Origin: Minisyncoccia bacterium
GTDB lineage: Bacteria > Patescibacteriota > Minisyncoccia > Phycocordibacterales > UBA9973
Length of the DNA: 64,000 nt
Reading direction: 5' to 3'
NCBI GenBank assembly: GCA_039809245.1
Contig: JBDHUP010000004.1
Coordinates: forward strand, 12,599 to 76,598
The position numbers were made by a program, and so were the translations under genes. The notes under the pieces are model-generated. The model saw nothing but the letters and a program-made list of their open reading frames with translations. It did no database searches and had not been told where the DNA came from. Numbering within the stretch: position 1 is the stretch's first letter; every line of letters begins with the position of its first letter. Below are positions 29,275 to 39,527 of the stretch, piece after piece.

Positions 29275-30606
29275 TTAATTATTATTCTTAAGTAGATTAT
29301 CCCCTATTTGGAAAGCAACACCTGCTCCCATTGTGACAATAATATCTTTCTCATTCATTTTTGGTATCCAAACTTTTAGATATTCTTCTGCACTCTTGAA
29401 ATCATCAAATGACATAGCTTTAACACCAGCTTCATTTATTCTTTCAGATAATATTTTAGAAGATATCGTTCCATCATCTTCTTCACGAGCGTAATATATA
29501 GGCAAAATTATCACACTGTCAGCATCTTTGAAGCTTTTAGCAAAGTCTGGAAGTAGTAATTTGGTACGACTGAATAGGTGTGGTTGGAATGCAACTGTGA
29601 TAGCCCATCCTTCACTCTTAGGGTATAACTCACGGAAACCTTGAAGAGTTGCTTTTATCTCAGCTGGATGATGAGCATAGTCGTCATATACTAAAGTACC
29701 ATTATTGAGTTTACCTTTGTATTCAAACCTCCTCCATGTACCAGGAAATACGGCTAAGGCAGAGTTTGCATTGGTATATGATGTAGCAAGAATAGACGCA
29801 ACAGTGAAAGCGGCGGCGGCATTTTGCTTGTTATGAATTCCAGGAATTTGAAGCTTAGTGACCGCACTCATAAAATCTGTATAATTCATAACTTTGGCTT
29901 TTATATCTTTTATAACATCAGCGATGTTTTCATCATCTGGATTACAAACTACAAATCCATCTGCTGGGACTTTCATTGCAAGCTCATGGAAGGCACTCTT
30001 TATATCTTCTATGTTTTTATAGTAGTCTAAATGGTCAGCATCTATATTTGTAATAACTAAAACATTTGGATTGAGATTTAGAAAAGACCTTTTATACTCA
30101 CAAGCCTCAGCAATAAATAAATCACTCTTACCTGCTATGAAATTACTCTTATCACCCACAAGTAAACTACCAATAATAACTGTCGGGTCTTTACCTTCAT
30201 CACGAAGAATCTGAGCTATCATTCCTGTGGTTGTCGTCTTGCCGTGTGTTCCTGAAATAGCGACGGTATATTTACCTTCACTCACTATTCCAAGCATTTC
30301 TGGATATGAACGAACTTCTATTTCTTTCTGTTCCTTTAATTGATTAAAGAGACTCTTACTCCAGCTCTCTATCGCAATAGTATAAACAATAAGATCTACA
30401 CCACTTGGAATATTCTCTATTGAAGATGAGCCTATAGTCACTTCTGCTCCTATATCTGTAAGCTCATGAACTATTTCAGAGTCTTGAATATCTTGTCCAC
30501 TAACCTTCTTACCTTCATACATCATCATCCGCGCAATCGCCGAAATACCAATACCTCCGATACCAATAAAGTGCACGTGTTTAATTTTTGATAAGTCTAA
30601 ATTCAT
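29275..30606 (-). CDS. murC: UDP-N-acetylmuramate--L-alanine ligase MurC
   Basis: HFIGIGGIGIS N-terminus, GTHGKTTT P-loop, and Mur-ligase C-domain. Confidence 0.9.
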   Translation of the reverse strand: MNLDLSKIKHVHFIGIGGIGISAIARMMMYEGKKVSGQDIQDSEIVHELTDIGAEVTIGSSSIENIPSGVDLIVYTIAIESWSKSLFNQLKEQKEIEVRSYPEMLGIVSEGKYTVAISGTHGKTTTTGMIAQILRDEGKDPTVIIGSLLVGDKSNFIAGKSDLFIAEACEYKRSFLNLNPNVLVITNIDADHLDYYKNIEDIKSAFHELAMKVPADGFVVCNPDDENIADVIKDIKAKVMNYTDFMSAVTKLQIPGIHNKQNAAAAFTVASILATSYTNANSALAVFPGTWRRFEYKGKLNNGTLVYDDYAHHPAEIKATLQGFRELYPKSEGWAITVAFQPHLFSRTKLLLPDFAKSFKDADSVIILPIYYAREEDDGTISSKILSERINEAGVKAMSFDDFKSAEEYLKVWIPKMNEKDIIVTMGAGVAFQIGDNLLKNNN

Positions 30607-30610
30607 ATTT

Positions 30611-31192
30611 TTATAATACTACAAATTCCCCCTCAGAAAGAGTATACACTGGCAAATCTTCTTTATATTCTTTTAATTCATTCAGGGCATTATCAAAATC
30701 AAAATTTTTCGGAATTTCATCAAAATCCTTAGACTTCCAGTGTGGAATAACTTTAACAGGTAAGAGACCGAATCCATGACCAGTTCTACTAGAACTCAAT
30801 ACATGATAATATTTTGCTATCACTTCAGCTCCAGCAGAAGTTCCAGCTAAAACTTTGCCATCTAATTCTTTAATCCAGCTTGTATCCTTATTTAATAATT
30901 TAAACAATTCTTGAGTATGTCCTCCTCTTAAAAATATAACATCTGAATTCTTAACCTGTTCTTTAAATTTCATAGGATCAGCAAGTTCCAAAGTAAAATC
31001 TTTTATATATTTTGAAAGTAGAACTTTGTCAGAGTTAAATGTTTCTTCCCAATCTTCTTTTGGACGAGCAAACATACAGTCAAGGATTTTTACGGGTTTC
31101 TTATTAATTCCTTTTACTAATTCTTCGTAAAAAGCGCGTCCTCCATCTTTTGATCTATTTACAAAACCTCCAGCTAGAATATATTTAGTCAT
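30611..31192 (-). CDS. peptidase S51 family (PepE/cyanophycinase-like)
   Basis: GTSAGA nucleophile-elbow motif and overall S51 fold signature. Packed between murC and murD with 2-4-nt gaps. Confidence 0.65.
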   Translation of the reverse strand: MTKYILAGGFVNRSKDGGRAFYEELVKGINKKPVKILDCMFARPKEDWEETFNSDKVLLSKYIKDFTLELADPMKFKEQVKNSDVIFLRGGHTQELFKLLNKDTSWIKELDGKVLAGTSAGAEVIAKYYHVLSSSRTGHGFGLLPVKVIPHWKSKDFDEIPKNFDFDNALNELKEYKEDLPVYTLSEGEFVVL

Positions 31193-31194
31193 GA

Positions 31195-32532
31195 TTATTT
31201 TAATTTATTTATTATTTTCATAAACTGATCATTGCGGTCGTATTCGTTGGTGAACATTCCAAATGATGCAAATGCTGGTGAGAATAATAACACGTCGCCC
31301 TTCTTTGCATGACTTAGACCTTTCCTTACTGCTTCATCTAATGATTTTACGTATTCGTGTTTAATTTTAATTTTATTGGTAGCCACAAATTTATCAGTAC
31401 CTGTTCCTGGAATTAGTATTACTTCTTTACAATACTTTTCTATCGATTTTTTTAGGTTCTTTGTGTCCAAATTTTTATCAGCTCCACCTAGTATAAGTAT
31501 TATACGAATACGCTTCATATCTTTACCTAGTGCTTCAAGGCCTGAGATAGTTGCCTCTGGTGTCGTAGCATTATTATCATTATAAACCTTCACACAATTT
31601 ACTTCTTTTACAAACTGCAACCTTCCTTCTACACCTTTGAAGTTTTTAATTACTTTCTTTATTGAAGTTTCTGGAATCTTAAATAGCTTCGCGACTTCTA
31701 CCGCGCAAGCAAGATTCTCCTTCTGATACTTACCAGGTACAACGAAATCGTATTTCTCTACATCTTTGGCTTTTGCAACAATAAGTTTACTTTTAACTTT
31801 CGGTATAAGCTTCTTCATATCTGGGCGAATTACAAGAGTGTCGCCTTTCTTCTGAAATTTAAAGATATTTGCCTTATCATCAAAATACTTCTTCATATCA
31901 TCTTTATAGTAGTTCATATGGTCTGGCATAAATGAAGTAAACACTGATATCTGTGGAGAAATTTTCGCACCACCGAAGCCTTGCAACTGCCATGAATCAA
32001 GCTCGAGTACCACAATATCCCCTGCTTTTACTTTATTAAGTAATGGAAGAGTCGCGCCACCACGTACATTGCCACCAATGTAAACTTTTCTATTTAATTT
32101 CTTTTCATTTGCTTTCAGTATCTCGTAGATAAGGGTTGTGGCCATAGTCTTACCACGAGTACCAGTCACTCCTATGATAGTAACTTCTGGTGCAAGTTTA
32201 GCAAAAAGTGAAGCATCCATTTCTACTGGAATCTTATTCTTCTCTGCTTCTTTTATATAAATAGAATCCATAGGCACTCCAGCGGCTTTTATAACCATAT
32301 CTGCATTTTTGAAATCTTTTAGGTCATGCTTTCCTAGAACATATTTTATATTTTTATATTTTGAAAGTTGCTTAAGTGATGAAGATAGCTGATCTTTGGT
32401 CTTTAAATCAGTCACAGTAAGATCCGCTCCACATTCTGCTAGGAATTTAGTATAAGCGATAGACCGACCGAGAAGGCCAAGACCCATAACCGTAATCTTT
32501 TTATCTTTAAAATATTTTTTGTAATTATTCAT
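31195..32532 (-). CDS. murD: UDP-N-acetylmuramoylalanine--D-glutamate ligase MurD
   Basis: N-terminal Rossmann MGLGLLGRS, GTRGKT P-loop, and Mur-ligase domains. Confidence 0.9.
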   Translation of the reverse strand: MNNYKKYFKDKKITVMGLGLLGRSIAYTKFLAECGADLTVTDLKTKDQLSSSLKQLSKYKNIKYVLGKHDLKDFKNADMVIKAAGVPMDSIYIKEAEKNKIPVEMDASLFAKLAPEVTIIGVTGTRGKTMATTLIYEILKANEKKLNRKVYIGGNVRGGATLPLLNKVKAGDIVVLELDSWQLQGFGGAKISPQISVFTSFMPDHMNYYKDDMKKYFDDKANIFKFQKKGDTLVIRPDMKKLIPKVKSKLIVAKAKDVEKYDFVVPGKYQKENLACAVEVAKLFKIPETSIKKVIKNFKGVEGRLQFVKEVNCVKVYNDNNATTPEATISGLEALGKDMKRIRIILILGGADKNLDTKNLKKSIEKYCKEVILIPGTGTDKFVATNKIKIKHEYVKSLDEAVRKGLSHAKKGDVLLFSPAFASFGMFTNEYDRNDQFMKIINKLK

Positions 32533-33718
32533 GTAAATATTTCTTCAATTCTTCCATATCATCGAAGTGATTCCGAACTCCATTAACCTCTTGGTACTTC
32601 TCATGACCCTTACCTGCAATTAAAAGAAAGTCTCCTCTCTTTGCGACAGAGCAAGCTCTCTCGATAGCCTTCTGTCGATTAGTCACTATGAAAACTTTTT
32701 CTTCCTTTGTTAAATCTATACCACGAGCCATATCTTCTATAATAGTATCTGGATTCTCAGTTCTAGGGTTGTCAGATGTCAGTATAACTATATCAGATAG
32801 ATCGTACCCAATGCGTGCCATTATTGGGCGCTTTGTTTTATCACGATCACCTCCACAACCAAATACAGAAATAATTCTTCTTGTATTTTTCGCAGGCAGT
32901 GCATCACCCCTCATTTCTATAATAGCCTTAAGTATATTCTCTAAGGCATCAGGAGTGTGGGCATAGTCTACAATTGCAGTCACTCCACTTTTACTTTTTA
33001 TATAATCAAATCTTCCTTCAACTGGCTTCAAACTCTTGATTAATTCTTTTACATTCTTTTTATCTTCTCCAAGCAAAGAAGCTGTCGCATATATAGAGAG
33101 TGCATTGTAAGCATTGAACTCTCCTAGTAACTTTGTCTCCAACCTTTCATTAAAATCTGCACTTGTTTTAAGTGAGTAAGTGTAGCTCTTTGCTTTTATA
33201 TCTTCTAGCATTGGGAGGCCATACTTATCATCAATATTAGCAAGTGCAAAGGCATCAGGTGGAAGCATCTCGAAGAACTTTTTCTTAGCTTTAAAATAGT
33301 TATCGAAATTCTTATGGTAATCCAAGTGGTCGTGAGTCAGATTTGTAAAAACCCCTCCAGCAAATTTAATACCGGCTACTCTGTTCTGATCCATAGCATG
33401 AGAAGATACTTCCATAAAGCAGTATTCACAACCTTCTTCCACCATTTTATTAAGTAACTTATTGAGTGTTATCGGGTCAGGGGTTGTATGACTTGCTTCT
33501 ATCGCTTCATCATTAACTTTATTTACAACTGTACCTATTAAGCCAGCCTTATGACCTAAATTACGAAAAAGCTGGTGGAGTAGAGTTGTAACAGTAGTCT
33601 TACCGTTTGTACCAGTAACACCTATAACTTTAATCTTCTCTGACGGATTACCATAAAAGTGGTTCTTCGCCATAAAGACTATAGAATTCCTCTTTATTTT
33701 CTTATATAGACTACCCAT
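32525..33718 (-). CDS. murE: UDP-MurNAc-tripeptide synthetase MurE (meso-DAP type) lacking the canonical N-terminal domain
   Basis: GVTGTNGKTT, DYAHTPDAL, and DNPR motifs. The P-loop sits at residue 33, and an in-frame stop lies immediately upstream. Confidence 0.8.
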   Translation of the reverse strand: MGSLYKKIKRNSIVFMAKNHFYGNPSEKIKVIGVTGTNGKTTVTTLLHQLFRNLGHKAGLIGTVVNKVNDEAIEASHTTPDPITLNKLLNKMVEEGCEYCFMEVSSHAMDQNRVAGIKFAGGVFTNLTHDHLDYHKNFDNYFKAKKKFFEMLPPDAFALANIDDKYGLPMLEDIKAKSYTYSLKTSADFNERLETKLLGEFNAYNALSIYATASLLGEDKKNVKELIKSLKPVEGRFDYIKSKSGVTAIVDYAHTPDALENILKAIIEMRGDALPAKNTRRIISVFGCGGDRDKTKRPIMARIGYDLSDIVILTSDNPRTENPDTIIEDMARGIDLTKEEKVFIVTNRQKAIERACSVAKRGDFLLIAGKGHEKYQEVNGVRNHFDDMEELKKYLHE

Positions 33719-33779
33719 AAACTAACTTTAGCATAAGATAAAAACAAAAAACAGCATGTCATTTAAACATACTGTTCCA

Positions 33780-34361
33780 TTACTCCTCTAGCCATTTGTT
33801 ATATGCTTCTACAATAATTCTAGGTACTACTTCTTTGTTGTTCTTAGGGTTTGAGGTATCAATTACGAGATTGAAATTTTTAGGATCAGTGTGGTTTTCT
33901 ATACCATACATTTCCTTATACCTTTTTCTTTCACTTTCCAAACGATCCTCTAAAGATTTGGCAACTTCTTCAATAGTATTTAATCCTTGCCTTGTTTCAT
34001 TATGTCTGTTTGGGTTATTTTTTGAATCCTCTATTACTCTTTTAGCAGCAGTTTTAGAATCGCAAAAAAGGAAAACTTTGAAAGCTTCAGGTATGAAATG
34101 AAAACCTAATCTTGAATCAAGAACTATGTTTTCTTCTTTACCAATTTCACGATTATAGTCATCAAGAGCAATATCAATACTAGGATCTTTCTCAGCAAGT
34201 TCAGCGAGTTCTTCTAGTGTTATACCTCTTTCTGATGCCATCTTTCTCATAAAATCACCTGTTGATTTCTTTTGATAACCCAAAAGGTTTGAAACCCCAG
34301 TTGAAGCGGAAGATTTTCCACCTCCATTATTACCAGCTATTGTAATTATATGTTTTTTCAT
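33780..34361 (-). CDS. cmk: cytidylate kinase-family P-loop kinase
   Basis: IITIAGNNGGGKSS P-loop and NMP-kinase layout. Confidence 0.55.
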   Translation of the reverse strand: MKKHIITIAGNNGGGKSSASTGVSNLLGYQKKSTGDFMRKMASERGITLEELAELAEKDPSIDIALDDYNREIGKEENIVLDSRLGFHFIPEAFKVFLFCDSKTAAKRVIEDSKNNPNRHNETRQGLNTIEEVAKSLEDRLESERKRYKEMYGIENHTDPKNFNLVIDTSNPKNNKEVVPRIIVEAYNKWLEE

Positions 34362-34433
34362 AATCGTAGTTTTATTTTCACATTATACTACAATATTTAA
34401 ATAATATAGTCAAAATATACCATTTCTGATAGA

Positions 34434-35495
34434 ATGAGCCTTATGAAAATTCTAGCAATAGAAACTTCCTGTGATGATACATGTGTAGCAGTAATTGAAG
34501 TAAAAGAATCGAAAGAAAAATCTACTTTCAAAGTACTTGCCAATATCGTCCAATCTCAAGATATACATAAAGAGTATGGGGGTGTCTTCCCTATGATGGC
34601 TAAACGCGAGCATATGAAAAATATTGGCCCAATATTTGATCTTGCTATGAAAAAAGCAAAAAATCCTAAGATAGATGCTATAGCTGTCACTGTCGGCCCT
34701 GGACTCGAGCCAGCTCTATGGGTAGGAATAACTTTCGCAAAAGAGCTTGGTGAGAAACTGGGCGTTCCCATCATTCCAGTAAACCACATGGAAGGACATA
34801 TCCTATCTATATTCCCAAAGAAAACAAAAACTTTCACAATAGATAAAAAAGCTAAGATATTCCCTAGCCTTTCACTTCTAATTTCTGGTGGACATACGGA
34901 GATAGTTCTATCAAAAAAATTCGGAGAATATAAAATTATAGGTAGTACGCGCGATGACGCCGTCGGTGAAGCTTTCGATAAGGTTGCACGTATGCTAGGG
35001 CTTCCTTATCCTGGAGGACCAGAGATATCTAAACTGGCAAAAGAACAAAGAAAGATTAATAAGCAAAGTAAGATTATACTCCCTCGCCCTATGATACATT
35101 CTAAAGATTATGACTTCTCTTTCTCTGGACTCAAAACTGCAGTTCTCTACTATATTCGCGACTATGGACCACTTACCGAAAAAATGAAGAGAGAGATAGC
35201 TCGTGAATTCGAAGATGCTGCTATTGAAGTACTCATACACAAAACTCTTCGTGCTGTAAAACAATATAAAGCAAAAACTTTAATAGTTGGAGGTGGCGTA
35301 TCAGCAAATACATACCTAAAGAAAATATTAAAGAGGAGTCTGAAGGAAGTTGATTTAAAAACTAAAATATACTTCCCTGTAAAAGGATTGAGTACTGATA
35401 ACGCTCTCATGATAGCTATAGCTGGATACTTTCAATATAAAAAAGGGTCTAAATCAAAGAGTAAACTAAAGGCGATCGGAAATTTAGCCTTATAG
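34434..35495 (+). CDS. tsaD: tRNA N6-adenosine threonylcarbamoyltransferase TsaD
   Basis: ILAIETSCDDT and Kae1/TsaD metal-binding HMEGH motifs. Confidence 0.9.
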   Translation: MSLMKILAIETSCDDTCVAVIEVKESKEKSTFKVLANIVQSQDIHKEYGGVFPMMAKREHMKNIGPIFDLAMKKAKNPKIDAIAVTVGPGLEPALWVGITFAKELGEKLGVPIIPVNHMEGHILSIFPKKTKTFTIDKKAKIFPSLSLLISGGHTEIVLSKKFGEYKIIGSTRDDAVGEAFDKVARMLGLPYPGGPEISKLAKEQRKINKQSKIILPRPMIHSKDYDFSFSGLKTAVLYYIRDYGPLTEKMKREIAREFEDAAIEVLIHKTLRAVKQYKAKTLIVGGGVSANTYLKKILKRSLKEVDLKTKIYFPVKGLSTDNALMIAIAGYFQYKKGSKSKSKLKAIGNLAL

Positions 35496-35532
35496 CGTTG
35501 GAGAAAGCACTCTAAAATGCTATATTTTAGGT

Positions 35533-37725
35533 ATGAAAGAAGATATGCCTGATATTAATCCGAAGTTACTTTCACCTTATAATCCAAAAGAAACAGAAGA
35601 TCGCATATATAAACTCTGGGAAGAGAGCGGTTTTTTTAACCCTGATACTTGTATTGAAAAAGGCATAACAAAGGCTGATGCAGAACCTTTCTCTATTGTT
35701 CTTCCCCCACCAAACGTAACTGGAACATTACATATAGGACACGCATCAATGCTCGTGATAGAAGATATAATGGTTCGCTTTGCTCGCATGCAAGGTAAAC
35801 GCACACTCTGGATTCCAGGTACTGATCATGCAGCAATAGCCACCCAATCAAAAGTAGAGAAAATAATAGAGAAAGAGGAAGGCAAAAGAAAAAGTGATTT
35901 AGGACGTGAAGAATTCTTAAAACGTGTAGAGAAATTTGCCCAAGAGAGCCACGACACGATAGTCTCCCAAATTAAAAAGATGGGGGCTTCTATTGACTGG
36001 TCTCGTGAAGCTTTTACACTCGATGAGAAACGGAGCCTTGCTGTTCGAACAGCATTTAAGCAAATGTATGACGATGGGCTTATCTATAGAGGGCATCGCA
36101 TAGTGAACTGGGATCCAAAAGGTCAAACCGTAATATCGGATGACGAGATAGTATATAAAGAAGAGAAAACAAAATTTTACTATTTAAAGTACGGGCCTTT
36201 CACTATTGGGACTGCTCGCCCCGAAACAAAGTTCGGCGACAAGTATGTAGTTATGCATCCAGATGATGCTAGATATAGTAAATACAAACATGGCGATAAG
36301 TTAATCGTAGAATGGATTAATGGTCCTATCGATGCAACAATAATCAAAGATGAAAGTATAGATATGGAATTCGGTACAGGAGTTATGACTATTACTCCAT
36401 GGCACTCTGCAATAGACTTTGAGATAGCCGAGCGACACAACTTAGATAAAGAACAAATAATAGATAAATATGGCAAGCTCCTCCCTATCGCCGGAGATTT
36501 TGCCGGTATGAAGATAAAAGATGCTCGTGCAAAAATAATCGAAAGACTTGAAGAAAAAGGTCTTGTAGAAAAGACTGAGGATTATACACACAACATAGCT
36601 ACAGCAGAACGCACAGAAGCAGTTATAGAACCACAGATTATGAATCAATGGTTCATAAATGTAAATAAACCTATTCCCGCTCGCAATAACAAAACTCTAA
36701 AAGAACTGATGCTTGACCCTGTGAGTAATGAGCAGATAGATATCTTGCCAGAGAATTTTAAGAAAGTTTACTTCAACTGGGTAGAAAATTTGCGTGACTG
36801 GTGTATATCAAGACAAATATGGTATGGGCACAGAATTCCAGTCTGGTACAAAAATGAAGAAATATATTGTGGAATAGAAGCACCAAAAGAAGCTGGTTGG
36901 ATTCAAGACGAAGATACACTTGATACTTGGTTCTCTTCTGGGCTTTGGACATTCTCAACTCTAGGCTGGCCAGAGCAAACAAAAGATCTAGCAGATTACC
37001 ATCCTACTACAATACTTGAAACTGGGTACGATATTATATTCTTCTGGGTTGCGCGTATGATACTTATGTCGCAATACCTGCTTGGTGAAATTCCATTCAA
37101 AACTGTATATCTTCATGGGCTTGTTCGTGACGCTCAAGGTAGAAAGATGAGTAAATCTCTTGGAAATATTATCGACCCACTTGATGTCTCTGCCAAATAC
37201 GGAGCGGACGCTGTACGAATGTCACTAGTCATAGGGACCGGTCCCGGAAACGACAGTAAGATGAGTGAAGATAAAATAAAAGCATATAAGAACTATGCGA
37301 ATAAACTATGGAACATAACTCGCTTTGTCCTCTCCTCTACTGAAAATATTGAATATGATGAAAAGTTCGATAGTTGGACAGATAAAGATAGAGCACTTAT
37401 CGAAGAAAGAAATTCTATTATGAAAACTATTACTAAAGAGATGGAAGAGTATAAATTCTATCTAGTTGGTGATAAAATATATCAGTACACTTGGGCAAGA
37501 TTTGCAGACGTTATAATAGAAGAAAGTAAGCCGATACTTCAAGGAGATAATACTGAGGATAAGAATTCACGCGCACAATTCCTACTTGAAACTCTCCGAG
37601 AAATTATAACTGTGCTTCATCCATTCATGCCATTTGTGACAGAAGAAATATGGTCAATGCTTCCGATTAAAAATAAAAACTTACTAATGGTAACTCCATG
37701 GCCTATAGATAATAAAAATGCTTAA
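35533..37725 (+). CDS. valS: valine--tRNA ligase (C-terminal coiled-coil domain absent)
   Basis: PPPNVTGTLHIGHA, TARPET, DWCISRQIWYGHRIP, and KMSKS. 730 aa versus about 880-950 typical. Confidence 0.9.
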   Translation: MKEDMPDINPKLLSPYNPKETEDRIYKLWEESGFFNPDTCIEKGITKADAEPFSIVLPPPNVTGTLHIGHASMLVIEDIMVRFARMQGKRTLWIPGTDHAAIATQSKVEKIIEKEEGKRKSDLGREEFLKRVEKFAQESHDTIVSQIKKMGASIDWSREAFTLDEKRSLAVRTAFKQMYDDGLIYRGHRIVNWDPKGQTVISDDEIVYKEEKTKFYYLKYGPFTIGTARPETKFGDKYVVMHPDDARYSKYKHGDKLIVEWINGPIDATIIKDESIDMEFGTGVMTITPWHSAIDFEIAERHNLDKEQIIDKYGKLLPIAGDFAGMKIKDARAKIIERLEEKGLVEKTEDYTHNIATAERTEAVIEPQIMNQWFINVNKPIPARNNKTLKELMLDPVSNEQIDILPENFKKVYFNWVENLRDWCISRQIWYGHRIPVWYKNEEIYCGIEAPKEAGWIQDEDTLDTWFSSGLWTFSTLGWPEQTKDLADYHPTTILETGYDIIFFWVARMILMSQYLLGEIPFKTVYLHGLVRDAQGRKMSKSLGNIIDPLDVSAKYGADAVRMSLVIGTGPGNDSKMSEDKIKAYKNYANKLWNITRFVLSSTENIEYDEKFDSWTDKDRALIEERNSIMKTITKEMEEYKFYLVGDKIYQYTWARFADVIIEESKPILQGDNTEDKNSRAQFLLETLREIITVLHPFMPFVTEEIWSMLPIKNKNLLMVTPWPIDNKNA

Positions 37726-38431
37726 AGATCCGAAAACTCTACTATTTGCAATTATAGGCGGTGCATTACCTGCTATATTTTGGTTATGGTTTTGGCTAAA
37801 AGAAGAAGATTCCGAAAATACAGCTCCAAGAGGTCTGGTTATTTTGTCATTTATACTTGGAGGAATCATAGTAGTCATCGCTATTTGGCTTGAAAAATAT
37901 TCACTTAAGTATATATTCGACAATACAAGGCAAGTCATAGTCTGGGCCTCGATAGAAGAATTATTAAAGTTTGCTGGAGTCGCAGTCATAATCTTAAGTA
38001 TTAGAGAAGTGAAAAAGCCTATTGATTACCCTATGTACTTTATTGCTGTTGCACTTGGATTTGCCGCCTTAGAGAATATCCTATATCTTCTTCAACCACT
38101 ATATGTAAATGGAACAGTAGTTGGACTTTTAACTGGTAATCTACGCTTCCTAGGGTCAACTTTATTACACGCCATAGCGAGTGGTATGATTGGCAGTGCT
38201 TTAGGCTTATCATTTTTCCTACAAAAATACAGAGGAATATACCTATTATTCGGAATTATCTTTGCGATTGTGTTGCATAGTACCTTTAATTTTTTTATAA
38301 TGAAAGGAAGCGGTGAAAACTTCCTTAGTGTGTTCGGATTGTTATGGGTCGTCGCGATTATCAGTATACTTATTTTTGAAAAATTAAAACGTATGGGGAA
38401 TTATATTGTTCCTTCTACGTCGTTAAAATAA
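37718..38431 (+). CDS. PrsW-family intramembrane protease
   Basis: EELLK, FAALENILY, HAIASGMIG, and HSTFN motifs across multiple transmembrane helices. Confidence 0.65.
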   Translation: MLKDPKTLLFAIIGGALPAIFWLWFWLKEEDSENTAPRGLVILSFILGGIIVVIAIWLEKYSLKYIFDNTRQVIVWASIEELLKFAGVAVIILSIREVKKPIDYPMYFIAVALGFAALENILYLLQPLYVNGTVVGLLTGNLRFLGSTLLHAIASGMIGSALGLSFFLQKYRGIYLLFGIIFAIVLHSTFNFFIMKGSGENFLSVFGLLWVVAIISILIFEKLKRMGNYIVPSTSLK

Positions 38432-38437
38432 ATCTAT

Positions 38438-38941
38438 ATGTCAAACAAAAAATCATTTTTAGAACGCCTAACAGGTAGTATACGCTTCGAAGACGAAGAG
38501 GAAGATAAGTCCCCTGCTTCATCAGATATGATTAAGAAAATATCTGTCTCAGAGAAAGATGACTTCGATCATAAAGAAATAAAGAAAGAATCAAAATGGG
38601 AAGAGGAAGAAGAAGCTCAACTTACAGTAGACCTATACCAAACACCTACAGATATAATTGTCCAGACTATGGTTGCAGGAGTTTTGCCAGATAACCTTTC
38701 TATATCTATTACTCGCGATATGATAACAATAAGAGGTAAAAGAGAGGAAAACCAGTCTATAAACAGCGACAACTATTTCGTACAAGAGCTGTATTGGGGA
38801 ACATTTTCAAGAACTATTTCCCTTCCAGAAGAAGTTGATCCTGAGGAGGCGGAAGCTATCGAAAAGCACGGGTTACTTATCATAAAGCTACCAAAGATAA
38901 ATAAAAATAAAGAGACTAAACTCAAAGTAAAATCAATCTAA
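38438..38941 (+). CDS. Hsp20/alpha-crystallin family small heat-shock protein
   Basis: Alpha-crystallin domain (LTVDLYQTP...ISITRDMITIRG...GLLIIKLPK). Confidence 0.85.
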   Translation: MSNKKSFLERLTGSIRFEDEEEDKSPASSDMIKKISVSEKDDFDHKEIKKESKWEEEEEAQLTVDLYQTPTDIIVQTMVAGVLPDNLSISITRDMITIRGKREENQSINSDNYFVQELYWGTFSRTISLPEEVDPEEAEAIEKHGLLIIKLPKINKNKETKLKVKSI

Positions 38942-38946
38942 ACAAT

Positions 38947-38977
38947 AAACCCCGCATCTGTGCGGGGTTTATTATTT
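38947..38977. terminator. bidirectional terminator
   Basis: ccccgca-tctg-tgcgggg followed by a T-run. Confidence 0.6.
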
Positions 38978-38984
38978 AATAGTG

Positions 38985-39057
38985 TGCCGAGACCCAGATT
39001 CGAACTGGGGACCTATCCCTCTTCAGGGGAGCGCTCTACCAACTGAGCTATCTCGGC
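38985..39057 (-). tRNA. tRNA-Phe (anticodon GAA)
   Basis: GCCGAGATAGCTCAGTTGGTAGAGC...CTGAAGA...GGTTCGAATCC cloverleaf. No CCA encoded. Confidence 0.85.
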
Positions 39058-39064
39058 ATAAATC

Positions 39065-39358
39065 TTACTTTAGTGAATCAAAGAAATCCTGCATCTGCTG
39101 TCTATTGCTCAAGTTATTTATGACATCATTAACTTTTGGAGTACCAGACAATCCTCCAGTATAAACATTAAAGATATTACTTATAAATGGCTTTATGAAA
39201 TACAGAGCACCAAATGTTGAGAGTATTATAATACCCCAATAGACAAACCGATAAACCATAGCCATCTTTTGAGCACGAACAAGCTTATTAAGCATCTCAT
39301 TATTCTGCTTAGCAAGTTCGATACTTTCCATTAAAAGCTGTTTTGTTTCAGCGTCCAT
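39065..39358 (-). CDS. hypothetical membrane protein
   Basis: ORF with one central hydrophobic helix. Confidence 0.4.
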   Translation of the reverse strand: MDAETKQLLMESIELAKQNNEMLNKLVRAQKMAMVYRFVYWGIIILSTFGALYFIKPFISNIFNVYTGGLSGTPKVNDVINNLSNRQQMQDFFDSLK

Positions 39359-39368
39359 TAATGGAACT

Positions 39369-39440
39369 TTAGCATATTTACATAGAAAATAAAAGTGTGC
39401 CCTCGGCGGGAATCGAACCTACATCTATTCCTTAGGACGG
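39369..39440 (-). tRNA. tRNA-Arg (anticodon CCT)
   Basis: GCCCTCGTAGTTCAATGGATAGAAC...GTCCTAA...GGTTCGATTCC cloverleaf. One A-C mismatch in the T stem. Confidence 0.72.
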
Positions 39441-39446
39441 AACTGT

Positions 39447-39470
39447 TCTATCCATTGAACTACGAGGGCA
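39447..39470. terminator. bidirectional terminator
   Basis: aaaagcacca-tttc-tggtgctttt. Confidence 0.55.
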
Positions 39471-39527
39471 ATACTATAAAAGCACCATTTCTGGTGCTTT
39501 TATAATACGTTATAATCCCTCAAAATG

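Noticed and set aside
38982-39164. 60-aa plus-strand ORF
   Set aside because: It lies entirely over tRNA-Phe and the adjacent terminator and has low-complexity sequence. It is a translation artefact.
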